DNA from: an uncultured Acidimicrobiaceae bacterium
GTDB taxonomy: Bacteria; Actinomycetota; Acidimicrobiia; Acidimicrobiales; RAAP-2
NCBI GenBank assembly: GCA_963700235.1
Contig: CAVOWT010000005.1
Coordinates: forward strand, 215,057 to 279,056
Direction of reading: 5' to 3'
DNA: 64,000 nucleotides
Position 1 is the first letter of the stretch. Every line of letters starts with the position of its first letter. Both the position numbers and the translations under genes were made by a program. Below, one piece after another: positions 9,344 through 19,288 of this stretch. The notes beneath the pieces were generated by a model that was not told where the DNA came from, did no database searches, and saw only the letters and a program-made list of their open reading frames with translations.

Positions 9344-10474
9344 ATGTTGGACCTGCAATTCAGCCCCGAACAAGAGATGCTTCGAGAGACCGTCCGTGGC
9401 GTGTGTGCCGCCACCAGCCCGCTGAGCGTGGTCCGTGAGCTCGAAGACGACGCCGTGGGCTACTCACCCGACCTCTGGAAGCAACTGGCCCATCTCGACC
9501 TGATCGGTCTGCAGCTCCCCGAGGAGTTCGGCGGCTCGGGCATGTCGGCGTTGGAGAGCGTTGTCGTCTACGAGGAGTTCGGCCGATCGCTGGCCCCCTC
9601 GCCCCACTTCGTGAGCTCGATCCTGTCGGGCGGAGCGCTGGCCCGGTCCGGCAGCCAACAGTTGAAAGAGGAGTGGCTCCCCCGCATCGTCACCGGCGAG
9701 GCCATCCTGACCCCGGCGTGGTTGGAGCCGGAGAACGGTTTCGGCCCGGCCGGTGTGCAGGTTCGGGCCGTTCCCGACGGCGACGGGTTCACGATCACCG
9801 GGGCCAAGCGGCACGTGGCCTTCGCCCGGGCCGCCGACCGCCTGGTGGTACTGGCCCGGACCGGCGACGCGCCGGGGGACGTCGACCTGTTCCTCGTCGA
9901 CCCGACCGCAACCGGTGTCAGCCTGACCCAGCAGATGTCCATCTCCTCCGACACCCAGTACCGGGTCGACCTCGACCGTGTGCGGGTGAGCGGTGCCGAC
10001 CGCATCGGCGGCGCCGGCCGCGGCTGGGCCACGTGGGACGCGGTGATGCACGACGGGATCATCTTGGCCGCAGCACAGGCGGTGGGCGGAGCGCAGTACG
10101 CCATGGAGATCACCGTGCAGTACGCCAAGGACCGCCAGCAGTTCGACAAGCCGCTCGGGGCGTTCCAGGCCCTGGCCCACTACATGGCCGACGCCGCCAC
10201 CAACGTGGACGGGGCCGAGGTGCTGGTCCACGAGGCGGCCTGGGCGCGGTCGGAGGGTCGCAGCGTGGCCAAGCTGGCCCCGATGGCCAAGCTGTTCGCG
10301 TGCCAGACGTTCCGCGACGTGACCGCCACGGCCCAGCAGATCTTCGGCGGCATCGGATTCACGGTCGAGTTCGACATCCAGCTCTATTTCCGCCGGGCCA
10401 AGCAGCTCCAGATCTCGTGGTGGGACACCCGCTACCTCGAGGAGCTGGTGGCCGCGGCCGTGCTCGACAGCTGA
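9344..10474 (+). CDS. Acyl-CoA dehydrogenase family protein (possibly a non-catalytic partner subunit)
   Basis: ATG 9344 with AGGAGA at 9331-9336. MLDLQFSPEQEMLRE.., LPEEFGGSGMS, FGGIGFTVEFDIQLYFRRAK. The C-terminus reads QISWWDTRY where ACADs usually have YEGT. Confidence 0.75.
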   Translation: MLDLQFSPEQEMLRETVRGVCAATSPLSVVRELEDDAVGYSPDLWKQLAHLDLIGLQLPEEFGGSGMSALESVVVYEEFGRSLAPSPHFVSSILSGGALARSGSQQLKEEWLPRIVTGEAILTPAWLEPENGFGPAGVQVRAVPDGDGFTITGAKRHVAFARAADRLVVLARTGDAPGDVDLFLVDPTATGVSLTQQMSISSDTQYRVDLDRVRVSGADRIGGAGRGWATWDAVMHDGIILAAAQAVGGAQYAMEITVQYAKDRQQFDKPLGAFQALAHYMADAATNVDGAEVLVHEAAWARSEGRSVAKLAPMAKLFACQTFRDVTATAQQIFGGIGFTVEFDIQLYFRRAKQLQISWWDTRYLEELVAAAVLDS

Positions 10475-10605
10475 GCCTCGACACTTGCTCCACCAGGGCG
10501 GCTGACCCGGGGGCCAGGTAAAACGCCCGGTCAAGGCCTCCGTTGCGCTACGGTCGATTGTGCAGTCCGCAAGGATCGCGTCGCGAAACAGCAGGGGGAG
10601 ACCGA

Positions 10606-12426
10606 ATGACAGACACCACGGCAACGCTGTCCGCCGGTGCGGGCGGCGGGACGACTTCGAATCACAGTCCGTTGTTCCGCTTCCTGTTCGTGCACGAGGT
10701 CGACGAGTACCCGAGCAACGGACAGCGGACCGGCTACCTGGCGCTGGCCGTGCTGGCCACCATCGTCCTCTACTACACGTACTTCACACAGACCGGGGTC
10801 ACCCCCAACATCCTGCAGTACTACCACATGTCGTTCGCCTACTACGTGGGCATCGTGGTGATCTCGAACCTCATCGGCGCCTTTGCCTCCCTGCCGGCCA
10901 GCAAGACCGACAAATTCGGCCGTTCCAACGTGATCATCTACGGACTGCTGGTGGTGGGCCTGCTGGTCGCCGTGGGCGTCCCGGCCAGCAAGACCGAGTT
11001 GCAGTTCGCCATCGTCATCTGCGTCCTCGGCCTGGTGGAAGGGGCCATCCTCGTGGCCACGCCCTCGCTGGTGCGGGACTTCAGCCCCCAGGTGGGCCGG
11101 GCCTCGGCCATGGGGTTCTGGACGGTGGGGCCGGTGGCCGGCAGCCTGCTCACCAGCATCGTGGCCAACCACACCCTCGACCACTTCCTGGCCCACAGCC
11201 CCGGGGCCGGATGGAAGAGCCAGTTCGTCATTTCGGGCGTCACGTCACTGGTGGTGTTCGTGCTCTCCCTCCTGTTGATGAAGGACATGTCCTCCAGGCT
11301 CCGCGACCAGTTGATGGTCTCGGCCCAAGACCAGGCCCTCATCGAAGCCAGAGCCCGGGGCCTCTCCGACCAGCAGGTGCTGTTGGCCACCACACGGCCC
11401 TGGCAGCAGATCCTCAAGTGGGACCTGATCGGCTCGGCCATCGGCATCTCGCTCTTCCTGCTGCTGTACTACGCAGCATCGGCGTTCTTCACCATCTACT
11501 GGGCCACGGTCTTCAAGAATCCGAATGGCCTCAACCTGACCACCGGGCAGGCCAACGGGCTCAACGCCTGGTTCTGGTGGTCGGACGCCTTCTTCCTGAT
11601 CGTCTTCGGCATCCTCTCGGACCGGTTCCGGGTGCGCAAACCGTTCATGTTGGTCGGCGCCATCGGATCCATCGCCATGCTGATCGTCTTTCTCAGCCAA
11701 GCCACCGACGCCCACACCCCCCACAACGAACTGGTGCTGGTCGAGGTGGCCCTGGCCGCTTTCATCTCGCTGACGTACGCGCCGTGGATGGCCGGCTACA
11801 CCGAGATGATCGAGGCGAAGAACCCGGCCCTGGTCGGCACCGGGCTGGCCCTGTGGGGGTGGATCCTCCGCCTCACCGTGGGCCTGTCCTTCATCTTCCT
11901 GCCCCTGGTGGTCAACTCGGTCAACCCGGTGGTGGACAATCTTCCCTACGCCACACCGGCCATCCAGAGCTTCCTGGTCGAACACCCCGACTCGGTGGCC
12001 TTCGCCCAGAAGCATGCCGCCCTCCTAACCCTGGTGCAGAAGCACCAGTTCGTCGTCGAGCGGGCCAACTACTACCCGACGACGGCCAACCTGCTGGCCG
12101 TCATCGCCGCCATCGGAGAGAAGAACGCGCTCGAGCTCAACTCGCTGAAGGTGCAGTTCAACAAGCTGGTCGTTCCCTACCAGGCCCAGCTGAACCAGCT
12201 CTCGGCCCACCAGAAGCAGCTGACCCAGCTGCAGAACGGCGTGAGCAAGTCGCCGAAGCAGTGGCAGCACTGGTTCTGGGTCTGCATCGGCGGCATGGTG
12301 CTCTTCATCCCCACCATCTTCTTGAACCGGGGTCGATGGAGCCCCCGCAAGGCCCGCGACGACGAGCTCCGGCACGAAGAGGACGTGGCCCGGGAGCTCA
12401 GGGAGCTGGTGGGGGCGCCCGCCTGA
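10606..12426 (+). CDS. MFS transporter with long C-terminal helical extension and an extra TM
   Basis: ATG 10606 (GGGGGA upstream), 606 aa, about 12 hydrophobic helices. Then a ~130 aa soluble helical stretch (QAQLNQLSAHQKQLTQLQNG) and a final TM WFWVCIGGMVLFIPTIFL. Confidence 0.75.
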   Translation: MTDTTATLSAGAGGGTTSNHSPLFRFLFVHEVDEYPSNGQRTGYLALAVLATIVLYYTYFTQTGVTPNILQYYHMSFAYYVGIVVISNLIGAFASLPASKTDKFGRSNVIIYGLLVVGLLVAVGVPASKTELQFAIVICVLGLVEGAILVATPSLVRDFSPQVGRASAMGFWTVGPVAGSLLTSIVANHTLDHFLAHSPGAGWKSQFVISGVTSLVVFVLSLLLMKDMSSRLRDQLMVSAQDQALIEARARGLSDQQVLLATTRPWQQILKWDLIGSAIGISLFLLLYYAASAFFTIYWATVFKNPNGLNLTTGQANGLNAWFWWSDAFFLIVFGILSDRFRVRKPFMLVGAIGSIAMLIVFLSQATDAHTPHNELVLVEVALAAFISLTYAPWMAGYTEMIEAKNPALVGTGLALWGWILRLTVGLSFIFLPLVVNSVNPVVDNLPYATPAIQSFLVEHPDSVAFAQKHAALLTLVQKHQFVVERANYYPTTANLLAVIAAIGEKNALELNSLKVQFNKLVVPYQAQLNQLSAHQKQLTQLQNGVSKSPKQWQHWFWVCIGGMVLFIPTIFLNRGRWSPRKARDDELRHEEDVARELRELVGAPA

Positions 12427-12534
12427 ACCGGCCGGCGGGTCCAGGGACGGTGTGACACGGCCGATATGACCCTCCGCCCTCGGGCCTCCGAACAGGGCCG
12501 AACGTACGACACCGTGTAGCACCGGCGATCTACG

Positions 12535-13191
12535 GTGGGCGGCGTGGACGACCCAGGAGAGCGCGGTCCCGGATTCGCCGTGGTGGACGTGGAGACCACC
12601 GGGTTCGTGGCCGAACAGGAGCGGATCATCGAGGTGGGCGTGGTGCTGCTCGACCCCGCCGGCCTCGAAGTCGGCGCGTTCTGCACGCTGGTCGACCCGG
12701 GCTGTGACCCGGGCCCGACCCACATCCACGGCATCTCGCCCGACATGCTGGCCGGAGCACCCACCTTCGACCACATCCAGCCGTTTCTGGCCGACCTGTT
12801 GTCCGGACGCGTGGTGGTGGGGCACAACGTCGATCGCTTCGATCTGGCCTTCTTGAGGGCCGAGTGCTTCCGGAGCGGGGGAGAGGGGCTGGTGCCCGGG
12901 CCGGTGACCACCGTGGACACCCTCCTCGTGGCCCAGCACCATCTCGGGCTCCGGGGTCGCGCCACCCTGGTGGAGTGCTGCACGCACTACGGGCTCCGAT
13001 GGGCCGATCATCACAACGCCCTGGCCGATGCCCGGGTCACGGCGGCCCTGTTCACGTCCATGCGGGGTGACCTCGGAGACATCCGGCTGGGGATCCCCGA
13101 GCGTCTCGACCAGGCCGGAGGAACGGCATGGCCCGGCGCCTCGCCCACACCGCCGCCCGGTCTCGTCCGGGCCGAGTCCCTGACCGGCTGA
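12535..13191 (+). CDS. DEDDh 3-prime-5-prime exonuclease (DnaQ/epsilon-like)
   Basis: FAVVDVETTG (Exo I), VVVGHNVDRFDLAFL (Exo II), HHNALADARVTA (Exo III). Confidence 0.8.
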   Translation: MGGVDDPGERGPGFAVVDVETTGFVAEQERIIEVGVVLLDPAGLEVGAFCTLVDPGCDPGPTHIHGISPDMLAGAPTFDHIQPFLADLLSGRVVVGHNVDRFDLAFLRAECFRSGGEGLVPGPVTTVDTLLVAQHHLGLRGRATLVECCTHYGLRWADHHNALADARVTAALFTSMRGDLGDIRLGIPERLDQAGGTAWPGASPTPPPGLVRAESLTG

Positions 13192-13323
13192 GGACCCCGG
13201 GTAGGCGCCCCGGTCGCCGGCTCCCGTCCGGCCGGGTGGCGACGGTTAGCCTGGCCCGGTGGATACCGGAGCGACCCCTGGAGCGGAGACCGTCACCAAG
13301 GGTGCACGCGGGAACGGAGTCCT

Positions 13324-14156
13324 GTGCAGGTCGTGATCCTGGGCAGCGGCAGCCCCCTGCCCGATCCGCACCGGGCCGGCCCGTCCACCCTGGTCCGCAC
13401 GTCGGCCGGCGACCTCATGTTCGACTGCGGCCGGGGTGTCCTCATGCGGGCCGCGGCGGCGGCTTCGGGTGCCGGTGGCCCTGACCGCGCGTGTTCCTCA
13501 CCCACCTGCACAGCGACCACATCACCGACCTCAACGACATCGTCACCTCGCGCTGGGTCATGTCGTTCCAACCCAACCCCCTGCCGGTGTTCGGCCCGCG
13601 CCGGTACCGAGGCGTTGCTGCGGCTCGGTCGAGGCCATGTTGGGACCCGACATCGGCTACCGGCTGGCCCATCACGACGACCTCACCTGGCCGCCCACGT
13701 CGGCGGTGACCGAGGTGGACGGCGGCGTCGTCTTCGAGCAGTCGCGGGGTCACGGTGACGGCGGCGCCGACCGATCACGCACCGGTGCGTCCCACGGTCG
13801 GCTACCGCATCGACGACGGCGGGCACTCGGTGGTCATCGCCGGCGACACCGTGCCGTGCCCGGGCTTGGACGAGCTGAGCCGGGGCGCCGACGTGCTGGT
13901 CCACACCGTGGTGCGTCGCGACCTCATCGAGCCGATCGGCCTGCCCCGGCTGACCGACGTCCTCGACTACCACTCGTCGGTGGAGGATGCCGCGGCCACG
14001 GCCTCACGGGCCGGAGTGCGGACCCTGGTGCTCACCCACCTCGTGCCGGCGCCGGCCCCGGGGACCGAGCAGGAGTGGCTGGACCGGGCCCGAGCCCACT
14101 TCGACGGCGAGGTGGTGCTGGCCACCGACCTGGCCACCGTCGAGGCCACGGACTGA
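13324..14156 (+). pseudogene. MBL-fold metallo-hydrolase (RNase Z-like), at least 3-4 frameshifts
   Basis: Homologous pieces lie in different frames. [25 protein letters not shown] (frame of 13324), [18 protein letters not shown] (HxHxDH, frame of 13491), [19 protein letters not shown] (frame of 13436), TAAPTDHAPV..VVIAGDT..LVLTHL (frame of 13755). Confidence 0.8.
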
Positions 14157-14213
14157 ACGGACCCGGGCCGGAACAACCGGCCCGTCAGCCGGCGGGACCG
14201 GTCCCGAACGGCG

Positions 14214-15226
14214 TCACCGCCTCGACCCCGCGGACCCCGCCCTCCTGTCCGGGCCACGTGCTGCACGGGCGACTGCGGTCCGGTTCGGGGCCAGCCTGAC
14301 CGGCGCCGTCGCTTGGCCCGCTGGCGGGCTCCGCCGAGCATCTCGTCGAGGTCCCCGGCCTCGTGCGGTCCCGGCCACCAGGGGTGAGCGGGCCAGGATG
14401 ACCACGCCGGCCACCAGCACCGCCAGGGCCAGGACCTCGAGCGAGATCCATCCGACGCCCGATCGCAGCCGGTCCGACGAAGAGGGTGACCCCGAGGACG
14501 ATGCTGACCAGCGGGTTGATGGTGACCAGGGTGGTCCGCGAGGCGGTGATGGGTCCGGCGTGGAGGGCGTTCTGCAGCAGGAAGACGGTGCCCAGGCCGG
14601 TGACGGCCAGCATGTAGGGCTGGAAGTGGGTGAACACGTGGCCCCACCCCTCGGTGGTGTACGTGGTGATGGCCTTGGTCAGCGACGCCGTGTAGGCCGC
14701 GGTGATGGCGGTGGCCGCACCGAACGCCGCCGCCCGCCACCAGCGGGGCCCGCGCAGGGCGGCCACGATGAAGGCGGCGATGGACCCGAGCAGCACGATC
14801 GACGCCACCAGCCACTGGCCGCCGTTGGGGATGGCGTTGCCGCCGCTCGGCGCCGCGGCCAGGAAGAAGCCGCCGAGCCCGGCCACGATGACGAGCGGCC
14901 CCGAGCCACTCCTTCCATCCCAGGTGGTAGCGGAACCATCCGCCCAGGATCAGCATGAGGAAGAGCAGCTCGGTGGTCAGGACGGGCTGGACCACGCTCA
15001 GTTCGCCGAACCGCAGGGCGGTGGCCTGCAGGCCGAAGACCACCAGCATGAGGGCGAAGCCGATGAGCCAGATACCCCGCTTGATGGCATGGCTCATCAG
15101 GCTGAGGCGCATGGTGTCGGAGTCGGGCGCCGTCTCCACGCCGATCCTCTGCAGGACCGAGGTCAGGGCATTGACGAAGGCCGCACTGGCTGCCAGGACG
15201 TAGGCCACACCCCTGTTGTACTCCAT
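14214..15226 (-). pseudogene. EamA/DMT-family transporter, at least 2 frameshifts
   Basis: Hydrophobic EamA-like pieces in three frames. MEYNRGVAYVLAASAAFVNALTSVLQRIG.. (15226 frame), ..LGSIAAFIVAALRG..VTINPLVSIVLGVTLF (14886 frame), ..LVAGVVILARSP (14420 frame). Confidence 0.7.
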
Positions 15227-15347
15227 ATTCGACGAGATGCGCCGGTGTCCGGCCGACCGGGGCCACCGGGGAGCCGGCGGCGGGCCCGCTGACGTGCCAG
15301 TGGATCAGCCGCTCCGGACGGGTCCGGGCCTGTCTGGGACCCCTGGT

Positions 15348-15755
15348 CTATGACCCCTGGGTGGCCTCGTGGAGCTGTGGCCGGGACGAGGCCCGCCATG
15401 CCGCCCAGGCCTGGTAGCCGCCGGCCAGATCGCTGGCGTGGCGATAGCCCAGGGTGGCCAGCGACTCGGCTGCCAGCGAGGAGGCGTAGCCGGCCGAACA
15501 GACCACCACCACGGGTTGGTCGAAACCGGTGACCTCGGGGAGCCGGTGGGAGCCGGCCGGATCGAGCCGCCACTCGAGGACGTTGCGCTCCACGACGAGG
15601 GCCCCGGGCAGCTCACCCTCGGACGCCCGTTGGTCCTCGGGGCGGATGTCGATGATGAGGCCCCCGGCCGAGGACACCGCCGCCAGGTCCTGCGGTTCGG
15701 TGCGGTCGATGTGGCGTCGGGCCAGGTCGACCAGATCGTCGGCCGACGGGCTCAT
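15348..15755 (-). CDS. Rhodanese-like sulfurtransferase domain protein
   Basis: 135 aa with active-site loop VVVCSAGYASS. The ATG overlaps the stop of the upstream cupin gene (ATGA at 15752-15755). Confidence 0.8.
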   Translation of the reverse strand: MSPSADDLVDLARRHIDRTEPQDLAAVSSAGGLIIDIRPEDQRASEGELPGALVVERNVLEWRLDPAGSHRLPEVTGFDQPVVVVCSAGYASSLAAESLATLGYRHASDLAGGYQAWAAWRASSRPQLHEATQGS

Positions 15756-16364
15756 GACGGATCGTGGTCGCTGGTGACGTCGAAGGGCCCCACTGGAGGG
15801 ACGTCCTCGGTGCGCACCAGGCGGACACGGTCAGCCGGTCCCATCTCGTAGTACGCCATGGTGGCGAGCTTCGGACTGTAGACGTGCACGCTGATGGCCG
15901 GCCCGTCTCCCTCGTTGAGGAGGTCGTGGATGTAGCCGGGTCCGAATCGCCGGTGTTCGCCGGCCGCCACGTGGTGGGTGGCGATGTGGGGCCACGCCGG
16001 AGTCGGTGGAACGGAGCGAGGTCTCGGTCAGGCATCCCCGGGCCACGACCACCGCTCCGCTCGAACGACCGTGGTCGTGGAGCTCGATCCGGCCGCCGGG
16101 GGGCCAGCCGATGGCCCAGGCCTCGAACAGATCGCTCACGGCCAGGAGCACCCACGACCGCTCGGTGATCTCCTGCAGCTCGGGGATGGCGGGGGCCGAG
16201 ACGGCGAACCCCTCGGCGATGGACAGCAGGTCGATCCGGCGGTGTCGTCGGGAGCCCCGAACAAGGGGGTCCCCCGATCCGGTCGGCAGGTCTTCGGAGC
16301 GAGTTGGGGACGAAACTGGGAGAAGACCTGCCGCCGGATCGAGGTAGGCAACTGCCATGCCCAC
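15752..16364 (-). pseudogene. Cysteine dioxygenase type I-like cupin, one frameshift
   Basis: The N-terminal part WPPGGRIELHDHGRSSGAVVVARG (ORF 15831..16364) continues in another frame as GEHRRFGPGYIHDLLNEGDGPAISVHVYSP (ORF 15752..15970). The junction is near 15985-16010. Confidence 0.7.
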
Positions 16365-16377
16365 ACTGTAGACAGTT

Positions 16378-16403
16378 AAAGTCGACTAATCAAGTCGATT
16401 TTA
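16378..16403. promoter_or_regulatory. AT-rich near-perfect palindrome upstream of the cupin-rhodanese operon (candidate operator/promoter)
   Basis: AAAGTCGACT-AATCA-AGTCGATTTT. The arms match 9/10 as inverted repeats. It sits 14-40 nt upstream of start 16364, in a locally AT-rich spacer within ~70% GC DNA. Confidence 0.4.
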
Positions 16404-16484
16404 TATGATTCGGGATCCGGACCTCCGGGGGGCTAGCAGCCGGTCACCTGGTGGCCCGTCGACGGCGCCGCCCGGTAGCGCCGG

Positions 16485-17141
16485 TCAGCCGGCGGCGGCG
16501 TCCTCGGCCCGTCCCTCCTCGGAGGTGAGGACCTCGTCGGAGGGCAGGTCGGCCGGGCCGTCCCCGGCGGTGGTGTCCTCGTCCTCGGAGCCGGGGTCGT
16601 CGATACCGGCCTTGGCCGGCATGTGGAGGCCGAGGGAGTAGCCCTCCAAGAACAGGTCGGCGTCCTCACGTCTCGGGTAGCGCGACTCGAGCTCGCGGAA
16701 CCTGGCCGAGTGGTTGGGTTCGATGAGGTGGGCCAACTCGTGGACGATCACGGCATCGAGGACCCACTCCGGTGCCACCCGCAGCCGCTCGGAGATGCGG
16801 ATCTCCCGGGTCTGGAGCGTGCAGGAGCCCCACCGCTTGTTCTGGGTCGTGGACCACCGGATGGACGCCGGGGTCAGGCCGTCGAAGTATCTCGATCCGA
16901 GGGCCGCGGCCCGTCGCTCCAGTACCTCGTCGGAGGCGTGCAGGTTCGGCCGGTGGAGGATCAGCCGGCGGGAGAGCGAGTCCACCATCAGGTCGCGCTC
17001 GGTGCCCCGGAGGTGGGTGGGAACCACCACCACGATGCGGTCGCCCTCCCAGTGGGCGCCCGCAGTCTTCTTCCGACGCTTGCTCACGCGGACTTCGACG
17101 TGGGGATGGAACAGGGTGGGGGGTTGGGTCGTGTAGGTCAT
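16485..17141 (-). CDS. YgjP/DUF45-type (M48-like) zinc metallopeptidase
   Basis: 218 aa with HELAHL (HExxH) and ..RWGSCT..REIRISERL.. typical of the family. Acidic C-terminal tail. Confidence 0.75.
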   Translation of the reverse strand: MTYTTQPPTLFHPHVEVRVSKRRKKTAGAHWEGDRIVVVVPTHLRGTERDLMVDSLSRRLILHRPNLHASDEVLERRAAALGSRYFDGLTPASIRWSTTQNKRWGSCTLQTREIRISERLRVAPEWVLDAVIVHELAHLIEPNHSARFRELESRYPRREDADLFLEGYSLGLHMPAKAGIDDPGSEDEDTTAGDGPADLPSDEVLTSEEGRAEDAAAG

Positions 17142-17259
17142 GTGGGCACGGTACGGCGGGGCTGTGACGGGGGGTCGGGGCCACCCCTGTTTCTAGCCGC
17201 CCGACCGGTCCGGAGGCGACCACCGAACCGGGGCGGCGGAGCGGACCGGCGGGGGCCGG

Positions 17260-18039
17260 CTACTCGGGCTGGGGTCGCCGGCCGTAGGGTGCCGGTGCGC
17301 CGGCCTCGGACACCTCTTCGGACATCTCGTCCGACGCCGGTCGGAGGGCCCGCCACGCCGCCCCGCCGAGGATGCCGCCGACGACGGGGAAGACGATGAA
17401 CACCCAGAGCTGGCTCAGGGCCCAGCTCCCTTGGAACACCGCCGTGGACAGGCTCCGGGCCGGGTTGACCGAGGTGTTGTCGATGGGGATGGAGATCAGG
17501 TGGATGATGGTCAGGGTGAGTCCGACGGTCACCCCGGTCAGCCCCACCGGCATCGACAGCCGACTGGTCGAGGCGATGACGAACACGAAGACACCGGTGA
17601 AGAACACCTCGGCCAGCATCACCGCGCCGAGCTTGAACCCGCCCGGTGAGTGGATCCCGTAGCCGTTGGAGGCGAAGCCCGACGTCTTGGCGCTGAAGGC
17701 CACCGAGCTGCTCTTGGCGATGATGAAGATGATGGTGGCCCCGATGAGTCCGCCGATGATCTGGCCCACGATGTAGAAGGGCAGCTCTTTGGTCTTGGTC
17801 TTGCCGATGACCCACAGGCCCAACGTGACCGCTGGGTTGATGTGGCAACCGGAGATGGAGCCGATGGCGTAGGCCGCCACCAGCAGGCTGAGCCCGAAGG
17901 CCAGCGCCACGCCGAGGACACCGACCGATCCCTTGGGGAAGAAGTTGCCCGTGGCCAGCACGGCCGTCCCCGGACCTCCCACGATCAGGATCATCGTCCC
18001 GATGGCCTCGGCGAAGCCGATTCTCACACGCTCGTCCAT
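17260..18039 (-). CDS. aqpZ: Aquaporin Z (MIP family water channel)
   Basis: ATG 18039 within ORF 17260..18237. Two NPA boxes (HINPAVT, VNPARS). SGFASNGYG.HSPGG and LIHLISIP..NTSVNPARS closely resemble AqpZ. Confidence 0.9.
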   Translation of the reverse strand: MDERVRIGFAEAIGTMILIVGGPGTAVLATGNFFPKGSVGVLGVALAFGLSLLVAAYAIGSISGCHINPAVTLGLWVIGKTKTKELPFYIVGQIIGGLIGATIIFIIAKSSSVAFSAKTSGFASNGYGIHSPGGFKLGAVMLAEVFFTGVFVFVIASTSRLSMPVGLTGVTVGLTLTIIHLISIPIDNTSVNPARSLSTAVFQGSWALSQLWVFIVFPVVGGILGGAAWRALRPASDEMSEEVSEAGAPAPYGRRPQPE

Positions 18040-18305
18040 GGACTTGCCCTTTCGATCGGCGGTGGCGAACTGATCCGAGCCGCCTACTTCCGCGTCCGGA
18101 TGCTGGTGCAAAGGGACCGGAAAAATACTAGGCAGTGTCGCTGCCAATTTCGGGGATGTTCCCTGGTCCGCAGGGGTATCTCCGCCTCCGGCGCCGCCAC
18201 CGGAGGCCGCTCGTGCGCCCCGGACGTGGCCCGGCACCGCGAATGGGACGGGGCGGGGCCCGACGGTACGATTGCCTCGTGCGTCGATACTTCACACCCC
18301 GTTGC

Positions 18306-18810
18306 ATGGGGATGCACGTGACGCTCCTGATTCTGCTGCCCGTCTTCGCCTGGTTGACGAAGTGGCAACTGGATCGGGCGCTCGGGGGCAACACGTTGAG
18401 TTGGGCCTACACCTTCGAGTGGCCGCTCTTCGCCGGCTACGCCGTCTATGTGTGGTGGCAGCTCATCCACGACCAGACCACCGCGGTCACCCGCCGGATC
18501 GTCCCGGGCTCGACCGGCGGGGACGGGTCCGGGGACGACTCCCGCCAACCCGGCTGGGCCCTCAGCGGGGGTCGCGCGCAAGAACGTGGCCATCGCGGCC
18601 CGGTCCGCCGTCGACGAGGAGGCTCCGCCCAGGGGCGAGCGATTCGCCGATCAGACACCCGACGAAGCCGCCCGGCTGGCGGCCTACAACCGCTATCTGG
18701 CCGAACTGGCCGCCGCCGATGGAGTGGAGGCCCGAACTCCGGGTCCGACCGATGCCGCCGGGTCGACCGAACCGGCCGCGGCCACCGATTCGGGCGTCTC
18801 GAACCGATGA
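18306..18810 (+). pseudogene. Hypothetical membrane protein, one frameshift at a G5 run
   Basis: MGMHVTLLILLPVFAWLTKWQL..FAGYAVYVWWQLIHDQ (frame of 18135) continues after GGGGG 18567-18571 as VARKNVAIAARSAVDEE..DEAARLAAYNRYLAELAA (frame of 18448). Confidence 0.5.
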
Positions 18811-18880
18811 GGTCGCCGGGTGGGCCCCAGCGCCACCGGTCCGGCACCGAACGGTCGGCTCACCCAGGTCCGGGGGTGTC

Positions 18881-19273
18881 GTGCACGGGGCGTTGATCCG
18901 CTACCGGGTGATGGCCTTCGTGGTGGGGACGGCGCTGATCTGTCTGACCGTCGTGATCATCTTCCAGGCGTTCGGGGACCATCCGAAGTTGGCCGAGGAG
19001 ATCGTGGCCCCGATCCACGGCTACCTCTACCTCGTCTACCTGGTCACCGCGGCCGACCTGGCCCGCCGGGCCCACTGGAGATTGGGCCGGATCCTCCTGG
19101 TGGTGGCGGCCGGCTTCGTGCCCACGCTGGCCTTCATCGTGGAACATCGCGTCTACCAGCAGATGCAGGTCGAGTTCGCAGCCGAGGCCGCAGCCCAGGC
19201 GGCAGCCGGGGGGTCCCCGGTGGCGGAGGCGGACGCCAGGGCCGACGTCGGACCGCCCGTCGACCGTTCCTGA
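18881..19273 (+). CDS. Small integral membrane protein (DUF3817-like)
   Basis: GTG 18881 in frame with ORF 18272..19273. Three or four hydrophobic helices. IHGYLYLVYLVTAADLARR motif. The family call is from memory only. Confidence 0.5.
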   Translation: MHGALIRYRVMAFVVGTALICLTVVIIFQAFGDHPKLAEEIVAPIHGYLYLVYLVTAADLARRAHWRLGRILLVVAAGFVPTLAFIVEHRVYQQMQVEFAAEAAAQAAAGGSPVAEADARADVGPPVDRS

Positions 19274-19288
19274 CGCCGGGATCGTCGG

